In this document: one piece after another, positions 41,892 to 53,106 of the stretch
Layout: every line of letters starts with the position of its first letter
Position numbering within the stretch: position 1 is the first letter of the stretch
Assembly (NCBI GenBank): GCA_002104945.1
Contig: MCFH01000009.1
Location: forward strand, 1,141,782-1,205,781
DNA length: 64,000 bases
Reading direction: 5' to 3'
Source of the DNA: Piromyces finnis finn
Lineage: Eukaryota > Fungi > Neocallimastigomycota
The notes under the pieces: generated by a model
The model's database searches: none
What the model was told of the DNA's origin: nothing
The model's input: only the letters and a program-made list of their open reading frames with translations
Translations under genes and position numbers: made by a program

Positions 41892-41910
41892 TAATAATAA
41901 TAATAATAAT
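41755..41910. repeat. (AAT)n microsatellite in the KNL1-BRCA2 divergent intergenic region
   Basis: Long AAT run seen directly. It causes the poly-L and poly-I ORFs at 41717 and 41742. Confidence 0.95.
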
Positions 41911-42088
41911 AAATAATCAATATAAAAATTATAAAATATGTAAATAAAGGTATAATAATAATAATAATAATAATAAATAATCAATATAAAAATTATAAAA
42001 TATGTAAATAAAGGTATAATAATAATAATAATAATAATAAATAATCAATATAAAAATTATAAAATATGTAAATAAAGGTATAATAATA
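41911..42088. repeat. Tandem repeat, 3 x 64 bp
   Basis: The unit AAATAATCAATATAAAAATTATAAAATATGTAAATAAAGGTAT(AAT)n starts at 41911, 41975 and 42039. Confidence 0.9.
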
Positions 42089-42755
42089 AAACTATCTAAT
42101 AAACGTAGTTTGTTTTTGACACAATTTAAAAAATATCCACGTTTTTTAATTAATTTAAATTAATACATAAATATATTATAATATTCATATAATATATTGC
42201 ATAATATATTGATTTAATTAATTTAATGGACAATAAAGATTTTGGAAAAAAAATAATTTCTTATTTTTTTCAAATAAAAATACCTTTTGCTATAACCAAT
42301 TATAAAAAGAAAATAATATATCATTAATTACATCCATAGATTTATATAATAGCTTTAATTACAATAAACAATTATATTTAAATAAATATTTTATATAATA
42401 AAATTTTAAAGAATTTATGCCTAATATTATAATATTTAAATTTAAAGTTTGGCAAAAAAAAAAGGCATAAAAAAATAAATTATAATAGTATAATAGAAAA
42501 AAATATATATTTAAAAAAAAGTATTGATAGAATTATTGTAATATTTTTTATTTATTTTTATTTATAAATATTACAATATATATTTATTTTGTCAAAATTT
42601 TATTTTGTTTTATTTAATTCTCAATAAAAATAATACGTACAATATAATATAATATAATATAAAAGAAAAGGTTAAGCAATTTTGTATTATTTCTTATTAT
42701 AAAAATATAGATTAAATTATAATCATTTTATTTTATGAAATAGAAAGATTATTAA

Positions 42756-45700
42756 ATGCTAAACTCTCATTCCGAAGAATATTGTTGTAAAGAAAATGAA
42801 ATTAAAAATTTTGATTCTGTATATATAATTAAACATAATTCAGTATGGAAAAACAATTGCGAATATGATTCTGGAAATAAGTTAAAAAAAAAGGTATTTG
42901 TTTAAAATATATATTTTAAATAATAAAGTTAGATAACTTATATAAATTTATTTTGTATTTATCAAATAAATTCTATTAAATTATTTTTAATTTTTTAAGC
43001 TTGATTCTTCAATAAAAAAAAATAATGAAAAAAACTTTGATAAAACAAATATAGTAAATGATGAAATATTAATTTATTTAAATAATGAAAAAGAATATTC
43101 GCAAGATAATGATAATTTGTGGCAAACAAGAAAAGGAATTACACCGATTAAAAATGAAATCTCAAAAAATCAAAAAAAAATTCATTTTGAAACTCCAAAA
43201 AATGGTAAAAATCAAATAATTAGAAAAAAATCATCATCATTAATGTCTTGTTTTCCTTCATCTCCTTCATCTCCTGTATATACAATATTAAATGGAAAAA
43301 ATGATTATCAAGTTTTATGGTCCCCTTCTATGGAAACACCAACTTTGAATCGTACAATTTCTCGAAATCCTTCAAATAAAATTAACTCAAATTTAGTATC
43401 CCCAGAGAATATAGATAAAAATAATTTTAAAAATTATGAAAGCAAAAGTAAATCATTAATTTCATTCACAACAAATATTCCAATAGAATTAGAAAAATCC
43501 CCACATAATATTACACATATCCTCTATAATAATAATACCCCAAAGAATAATTTGATATATGATAAATCAAACTTAACAACACCAGATTCGGTAGACACAA
43601 ATAAAACAAGAAAAGCAAAAAGTAGTATTTTAGAGCAGCTTTCTTTATTTAAAAATGCAATCAATGATAATAAGTATTTATCATCTCCTATGATATCACC
43701 AGATGATATAAAGAACATTAATAAAGACACTCTTATACCCTATCACTTTAGAAATTTGTTTTATACCAATAATAAAGAAAATACTACTACTACTACTACT
43801 ACTACTAATAATAATAATAATAATAAAAATGAAAAGGCAATAGAAATAAAATCCTCTGAAGTGAAATATCAAATGAAATCTCAAAATAAAAATGAATATT
43901 CCATTATTAATAAAAACGAGTCTACGAAAGAAATTAAACAAGAAATTTTGAAAGATAGAAATTTAGATTATAATGAACACCTTTCAATAGATTCTTTAGA
44001 TTCTTTGAATAAATCAAATCACCCTGAAAACAAAAGATCAATGGATTCTTTAAGTAAAGTTTTTTAATATATATATTTATATCAATAAATTTTGTAATTT
44101 TTTATTATTAATCTTGTTATTACTACTTTTTTTTATCATGTTATAAATATTAAAATGTTATTATAGCTGAAAATGTTGAAAGCCCAGCAAAAGAGTTAAA
44201 ATATTCTTATAATAAAAAAGATTACAATAAAATATATAAACCCAAATCACCAACATTCACAGATGATGAGTTAGTGCTTTTAACACCTGAAAATAAAAAA
44301 CATAAAACGAAACGTCATCATAAGCATTCATGTAAAAAAAAGAAAAGAGCATGTTCTCAGAATACTGAATTAGAAGCTACCCCAAAATTAAAAAGAACAA
44401 AGTATATTTCAATTGAAGATTATAGTGACAGTGAAGATAGTAATTTTATTAGTTTTCCATCTACAAATTATATTAGAACAACACCTAAAATAAAAAATTG
44501 CTATAATAAAGAATTGCTATATAATGAGTATGATATCCAAAATGAAAAGAATGATTTAAATGAATTAAGTGATACTCAATCCAATCTGATAAGAGAAAAT
44601 AATAAAAAAGAAAATTCTAAAATTGATTTATTGAATTCAGATTCATTAAAAGATATTTATAATATTTTTGATAATGATTCTGTGTTGGATTTAATTAATT
44701 TAGACGATGAAGATCGAAAATCATTCTTAGAAACACCTAGAATAAAAAAAATTTACGGAGTAAATGATAATGAATTAACTAGTTCACTATTAGTAGTACA
44801 AGATTCATCTATCAGTAATAAAAACGTTAATTCAAATGATAATTTTGAATCCTTTGATTATGGCTCAGATAACATAGATTATAATATGGTTAAAGAAAAC
44901 CATATAATTACACAAGCATATAGCCTTTTGGATCAAAATAATAATATTAAGGAAAGATCAATTAACAGTCATTTAAATAATTCAGATTTTAATGACAATA
45001 ACATGCTTACTCAAAAAGAAAATATAAATATTGATAATCATATTAATGAACTAACAAATTTTTATAATGAATTTAATGAAACAGTTCTCTCATCAAATAA
45101 AAATAAAAATTTAGTTAATTCTATTAATAATATAAAAAAACAAAAATCGGAATTAGAAAGTGATTTTGAATTGGTATTAAATGAAATAGCTAATCAAGAT
45201 TATTCATTATTTGATGAAGATAATAGTAATTTGATTCAAGAAATAATTAAAAAAGATGAAGTAAAGGAGATAGATAAAGAGCTTTTGAAGAGTGAAAAAA
45301 ATAGTAACAAAAAGCCAGTGATTATTTATAAGGATGAAAATGATTATATTAAAGGAAGTGGTTATCCTTATAAAGAAATAACATTAGATCAAACAAATGA
45401 AGGAAATAATAATGTTTTAGATAATTCCTTAATTTATGAAGATTCATTACCAATGCCACCTATAATCTTAGATGAAAATAATTACATAAAAAGTAAACTA
45501 GAAAAAATAACTTTTAATGGGGATAAAAATACATTAACAAAAATATCTGAAAATAATTCAGAAAGTCTTAATGTTAGAGAATCATTAATTGAACTAGAAA
45601 ATCATAATAATAAATTATCTAATGATATGAGTAAACCTAATTTAAAAAAAGTTAGTAAAAATCTGAATAATGAAGATGTCATTAAACAGTACATATCAAA

Positions 45701-48700
45701 ATCAAAAATGAAAACAATATCTGAAAAGAAAATTGAGAGAACTAACAAGATTTTTGATGCTAATTTATTTGATACCAATGAAAAACTAAAGTCTAATTAT
45801 ACAATTGAATTTGTAGGATTTAAGACAGGAAATGGAAAACAATTACCAAAATTATCAAAAGAAGCAATTAGTAATGCTAAAAAGATACTAGGAGATGATT
45901 TATTTGATGATATAGAAATGAAAACTGGAAATAATGAATTGAAATCGGAATCAATTGAATTTGTAGGATTTAAGACAGGACATGGAAAACAATTACCAAA
46001 ATTATCAAAAGAAGCAATTAGTAATGCTAAAAAAATACTAGGAGATGATTTATTTGATGATATAGAAATGAAAACTGAAAATAATGAATTGAAATCAGAA
46101 TCAACTGAATTTGTAGGATTTAAGACAGGAAATGGAAAACAATTACCAAAATTATCAAAAGAAGCAATTAGTAATGCTAAAAAGATACTAGGAGATGATT
46201 TATTTGATGATATAGAAATGAAAACTGGAAATAATGAATTGAAATCGGAATCAATTGAATTTGTAGGATTTAAGACAGGAAATGGAAAACAATTACCAAA
46301 ATTATCAAAAGAAGCAATTAATGATGCCAGAAAGATACTAGGAGATGATTTATTTGATGATATAGAAATGAAAACTGAAAATAATGAATTGAAATCAGAA
46401 TCAACTGAATTTGTAGGATTTAAGACAGGAAATGGAAAACAATTACCAAAATTATCAAAAGAAGCAATTAATAATGCTAAAAAGATACTAGGAGATGATT
46501 TATTTGATGATATAGAAATGAAAACTGAAAATAATGAATTGAAATCAGAATCAACTGAATTTGTAGGATTTAAGACAGGAAATGGAAAACAATTACCAAA
46601 ATTATCAAAAGAAGCAATTAGTAATGCTAAAAAGATACTAGGAGATGATTTATTTGATGATATAGAAATGAAAACTGGAAATAATGAATTGAAATCGGAA
46701 TCAATTGAATTTGTAGGATTTAAGACAGGAAATGGAAAACAATTACCAAAATTATCAAAAGAAGCAATTAATGATGCCAGAAAGATACTAGGAGATGATT
46801 TATTTGATGATATAGAAATGAAAACTGAAAATAATGAATTGAAATCAGAATCAACTGAATTTGTAGGATTTAAGACAGGAAATGGAAAACAATTACCAAA
46901 ATTATCAAAAGAAGCAATTAATGATGCCAGAAAGATACTAGGAGATGATTTATTTGATGATATAGAAATGAAAACTGAAAATAATGAATTGAAATCAGAA
47001 TCAACTGAATTTGTAGGATTTAAGACAGGAAATGGAAAACAATTACCAAAATTATCAAAAGAAGCAATTAGTAATGCTAAAAAGATACTAGGAGATGATT
47101 TATTTGATGATATAGAAATGAAAACTGAAAATAATGAATTGAAATCAGAATCAACTGAATTTGTAGGATTTAAGACAGGAAATGGAAAACAATTACCAAA
47201 ATTATCAAAAGAAGCAATTAATGATGCCAGAAAGATACTAGGAGATGATTTATTTGATGATATAGAAATGAAAACTGAAAATAATGAATTGAAATCAGAA
47301 TCAACTGAATTTGTAGGATTTAAGACAGGAAATGGAAAACAATTACCAAAATTATCAAAAGAAGCAATTAATAATGCTAAAAATATACTAGGAGATGATT
47401 TATTTGATGATATAGAAATGAAAACTGAAAATAGGGAATCGAAACTTGGATCAATGCGATATATAAATAATATTAATAATCAGAAGGAAGCCATTAAACA
47501 AAGATCTAAGAAAATCATTATAGGTAATTATAATATAATAAATAATAGATGAAAATTTAATAATTTAAATTAATATTAAAATTTGTTTAATTACAATATT
47601 TTATATATAGAAAATAATACCCCAAAACCAGTAATAAATCAATCTATAAAAATTATTAATAATAAAATATTTAAGAGAGTTTGTAATAATAATAAAGAAA
47701 ATGTATATAACGAAAATGAAAAAAATCAAAAGGATAAAAGTAATTTGAAGAGGAATAAATTGAAAGAAAATAATATTAATAATTTTTCAAAAAGATATAT
47801 CAGCAACAAAAAAAGCTCACTTAATAAAAATTTTAATGATAATAATGACGATATCATAAAACCATTACATACTATTAACAAAAATAATAGTAATATATTG
47901 AAACCAAATTCTGTATTACCGTATGAATTATATATATATAATTTATATAGATAAGAAAAATTATTAATATATTATTAAATTAATAATTATATTTTATTAA
48001 TATATACATATTAATTATTATCTTTAATATAAAAAGGAAAACATATAAAATCAACAACAACAACAATAATAATAATAATAATGATAATAATAAAGAAATT
48101 CTAAAACAGATTATTGGAGTGAGCGTAAATAATAAAATATCTCGACTATTGAACAAAAAGAAATTATTAAGTAATAGACCATTTAAATCGCCGTTAATAG
48201 TTAAACCTATAGAGAATTCATCACTTCAAGATAATATTAATATTAATACTAATAATCAACAAAATAAATTAATAAAGGATAAAAATTGGATTGATATAAA
48301 AAAATATGGTAATTATTGGCAACTAAAAATAAAAATAATAATTAAAAATGAAGTGAATATTTATTTATTTTTTTTTTTTTTTTTTTTTTTTTTTATTTTA
48401 TTTTAAGAAAATAAAAGATCATTAGCAGAAATATTTAGATTTTTACCTCAAAACTTCTCACAAAAGCATATCGAAAAAATATTGTACGGAATTATTAATA
48501 ATAAAAATTATAATAAAGTTGTATCAATACTAATTAAAAATAACATTATAATTTAGATGTAAAGATATTGCAATAATGAATCCACAAATAGCTTTGGATT
48601 ATCGTTTTAAACTCAATAATACTGAAAGTTGGGGAAGTAAAGAAGCATACGAAGAATTAAAGAAATATAATGTTAATACAAATATTGCAACAAAAGATTG

Positions 48701-51700
48701 GGTTGATAATCATTATAAATGGATTATTTGGAAAATAGCTTCAATGGTTCGTACAGAAAATTCTTTGTATGAAGAATATTGGAATAAAGAAAAAATAATA
48801 GAACAACTTCTTTATAGGTATAGTAAATATATTTATTATAATTAATATATTAATAGTAATACATTTAATAACATTATATATTATATATACTAGATATAAT
48901 AAAGAAAATAACTTAAGAAAACACTCTGCATTAAAATTAATAATTGAAAGGGATAATATATCCACAAAATATATGATTTTATGTGTATCAAATATTATAA
49001 TGAATAAGAAGAATGAAAATGGTATATTTTAATTTATAAGAAATTATTAACTCTAAATAAATGAATATAATAATAAAATTAAATATTTATTATAGATAAT
49101 GAAAATGAAACTACAAAAGAACATGAAATATATTTAGAGCTAACTGATGGATGGTATTCAATTAATGCTCAAATTGATAATATTTTACAAGATGCTGTTA
49201 AAGATAAGAAAATTTTCATTGGTCAAAAACTTTGTATTTCTGGTGCTAAATTAATTGGTTCAAATGACCCATTACCTGTTCTTGAGGTTAATGATGCTGT
49301 AAGATTAAATTTAGTTGCTAATAGTACAAGAATTGCTAAATGGGATACTAAATTAGGCTATCAAAATTATAAATCTTTTAAAATTTCCTTAAACTACATT
49401 CAACCATTTGGAGGTCAAGTGTCTATGATAGATGTTATAATCATAAAAAAATATTCTATATGTTATTCTGAAAAGATGAACAATGGTTCTTATATACTTA
49501 GAAATCAGTTTGAAGAAGAAATAGAGGAGGAAATTTTAAATAATATGAAAATGAAACAGTTTCAAAATGAAATCGATAATTATAATAAATTAAGTGAAAA
49601 TAAAAGTAAAAAAATAAAGAACTCAAGAAAATTAACAATGAAAGAACTTGAAAATTTGTCAAATGGAGAAGATTTATATGAAGAAATGGAAAAATATGCA
49701 GATACTTATTATTTTCTAAATATATTGTCAGAATATCAAAGAAGAATATTGAATGAATTTATTAATGAAAAGAAAACAATAGAATTCGAAAATATCAAAA
49801 ATGACTTTTTGAAGAAAACAAATAAAATTAATCATAAAAGAAATGTTTCCTCATTTCTTCGATTAAAGATATGTGATTATTTCACTAAAAATAAAAAAAA
49901 CTATGAAAAAAAATACGTTTACTTAACAATTTGGAATCCAAATATAAAAATTATTAATAATATAAATGAAGGGAAAAGATATCAAATATTTTATCCAAAA
50001 GCTAAACCAGAAAATAATGAAATGAAATATTCATTATCTTTAAACAATTTAAATAATATTTTTGAAAAACCAATTGAAGATGAAATTGTTAAAAATACAC
50101 TTTATAAACCAAGAGAGTTAATGCCATTTAACAGCTTTGCATCTTTAACGATAGGATCAGAAATTGATGTAGTAGCTTATTGTTTAGGTATATAAATAAT
50201 ATATATATATTATCATTATTCAATCATTAAATGTTTTTAAAAAATATTTTCATTATTATATTAGCAATACATGATCTTGATTCAGATAATAACAAAATGC
50301 CATTAAAATACATATGTATTTTATCTGACAATACTCAAAACTTTTTAATTGTTGAAGTTACATCAAATGTGAAATTACTAAGAAAACGTCAAAATGTAAG
50401 CATTTAAAGAACAATATATTATTAAAAATTATGACTCAAAATGCATGTTATATATGTATATTAATATTTATTGTTTTTAATATATTATAGTTTCAAGAAC
50501 CTATTTTTATCAGAAATTTAAAAATCAAAGGGTTTAACGAATCATGCAATTTATTTATAAGTTGTATTAATATGTACACTGAGGTTAAATCACATTCTTC
50601 TTTAAATTACGAAAAAGAAAAATACGAGATATTGAAAAATTGGTCAAAAACGTATGTAGTATATAAATTATAATTTTTAATTTATAAAGAAAAATAATTT
50701 TAAATATTGAGTTCTCATGTTTTATTTTTTAAATATATATTTATATAAAAAAATGTGCTCTATTAATATACTTTATTAATAATTAATATTAATAATTAAG
50801 TAATCAAAAAGATTTTAATGATCAAAAGCTAAAATCTGAAGAAATTTTAAATTATATTATTAACCCTTATGCCTCAAAGCCAATAATCAATAATAATATA
50901 TATAATATTAATTCAATATCACCACCAGTTCCAAAAAGAAATATGTTATTACATTCCTTTAACAATAATGAAAATAATAAAAGGATTTTAAATAAAATAC
51001 CAGAATTACTCGATATTGCAAAACTAGCATCTAATACTAATGAACAACTTGATTTGATAAATAAAATTGATAATCGTTTATATAATTGTCCTATTAATAA
51101 TCCATTAAAGCATAACTATAATAACAATAATTGTATTAATAATAATGCTATTAAAAATTATTTGCATTCATATCCATCCAAAATTCCAATTCAAGATAAT
51201 AATGAATATTTAGAAAGAGATATTCATTTAAAAGAATGGATTCGGAAAAGTATAAATTGTGGAACCTTCTCTATATATGCACATCTAATAGATCTTAATA
51301 TAAATTATAATAACCCAGAAAAATATATAAATTTTAAGAGTTCTCTTACCTCATCAAGTATTCATAATTCTCCAAACAAACCACAATTTACATTAATTTT
51401 TGACAATGGAGAAAATACTTGGAATATAGAATTAAGCGAAGAACAATTCTTATCCTTTATTTCAATGAAAAACGGAGAGAAATCGGGATGTTATCATAGT
51501 ATTGATGATAATTTCTATAAAGATGTTCTCATATATTTAAATAAATTGTTCAAGAAACAATCATTAAATATTTCATTTGATCCATTCAAAAATGATACCC
51601 ACAAGAAGAAATTAAATTCTATAATTAATGAATTATTAAAGGAAAATGATATCTCACCTAAAAATCAAATAATTACAGTAAGTTTTTTTAATGATATCAT

Positions 51701-52571
51701 TGATCAACTATATTATTATGGTATATTAGATATTGAGAATGCTGAAGTATATGAAGAAGATAAAGACTTTGAATATAACACTATCCCAATGAATCAGGAT
51801 ACTTCTTCACTCATTTCATATAAAGAAAATAAAGATGGAATTTTAAATAAAAACGAGCCAAAGGAATCGAATCAAACAAATATAAAAATAGAAAACAATA
51901 ATAGACCTCTTTGGTGGAATGAAGGTGTTTTAAATGCTTTTGAGAGTTTTAGAATAAAACTTTGGGATTCTTATCAAATAAGAAATAAAATGTCAAAAGA
52001 TGAATTTATTGTATGGACAATAAGATTTGGGAAAATTATAAAAGATGAAGATTTATGGAATAAATTTAATTCCTGGATTCAAGAGAAAAAAAGGTTCCCT
52101 GAAGAAACATCTTCCACTATTAATACAGAAATCTATAATAAGAATTATAAAAAAGGAACTAATGAAAATGAAAACATCTTTGAACGTGATGATTTTGAAG
52201 TATTTGAATCTTTTATGAGTGAACTATTATTACAGTATATCAATAATAATGATACAATACAAACAAATACAATACCACCATTGCTATTATTCTATGAAAA
52301 GGAATGGGACTATTTGATCAAATTAATTATTCAATGGTTAAAAGAATCTGAATTTAAAGTAAGTTTATAACTTAAAAAATAATATTTTATTAATTTAGAA
52401 TATATATCTAATAATAAATGTATTTAAAATATTTTTATTTTTTTATAGTTAATCCTATTAAAAGAAAAAACAATACAATCTCTATCAAATAATCTTATAC
52501 ATAAATTTGTTTCAATTCATAGAATTAATAATGACAACTATTTAAACAAACTTTTAAATGAGCTAACTTAA
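42756..52571 (+). CDS. BRCA2: BRCA2 orthologue, about 13 exons and roughly 2,900 aa: long disordered N-terminus, 11 BRC repeats, helical domain, OB1-tower-OB2-OB3, and a C-terminal extension
   Basis: The track ORFs at 43117, 44274, 47583, 48119, 48576, 49419 and 50943 appear to belong to one spliced gene. I checked the in-frame junctions 42893/43000, 44053/44167, 47523/47611, 50651/50801 and 52359/52449. DNA-binding-domain motifs: KDWVDNHYKWIIWKIASM, IIEQLLYRYNKE..LRKHSALKLIIERD, YLELTDGWYSINAQID, KIFIGQKLCISGAKL, LVANSTRIAKWDTKLG, and GGQVSMIDVIIIKKY. Confidence 0.93.
45804..47432 (+). repeat. Coding tandem array, 11 x 150 bp (50 aa) BRC repeats
   Basis: The unit EFVGFKTGNGKQLPKLSKEAISNAKKILGDDLFDDIEMKTENNELKSEST recurs with an exact 150-bp period (for example AATTACCAAAATTATCAAAA at 45841, 45991, ... 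47341). Confidence 0.97.
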
Positions 52572-53106
52572 ATATTATACAAATACTTTCTATATATATA
52601 GAAAATGTAAATAAAGTTTAATATATTTAATAATATATTTTATAAATTATTAAGAAATTATTATAAGATATAAATACATAATTATATTTTAAATTAATTT
52701 ATTATAATTATTATTATTTTTTTTTTATTATTTTTTATTTTTTTTTTTAATATTATTTGCATTATAAAAAAAGGTTAAAATTATTAATTGCTTTATATAT
52801 ATAATTATATAATTATATAATTTTTTTTCTTTTTTTTTTTTTTCTGCTTTTTATATATATATTTTTACTTTTTAATTAGCTGTATTTTGTTGTAATTACT
52901 TTTTATCAATTAAATATATTTCATTTTTCTATTAAATATTACTATTTTTGGTGATATTATTTTATATTAATTTAATGAAGTAAATAAATAAATATTTATT
53001 TAATTTTTCTGAAATTAACTTTTTTTTTATATGTTTTGCTTTAAATTATTAATAATCAATAAACTATTTCCTTTATAACTAATTGAAATTAAATACGATA
53101 TTCTGT

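Noticed and set aside
45804-47432. 150-bp tandem array as a CRISPR array or non-coding satellite
   Set aside because: There are no unique spacers, the period is a multiple of 3, and the array lies in frame inside the BRCA2 coding exon.
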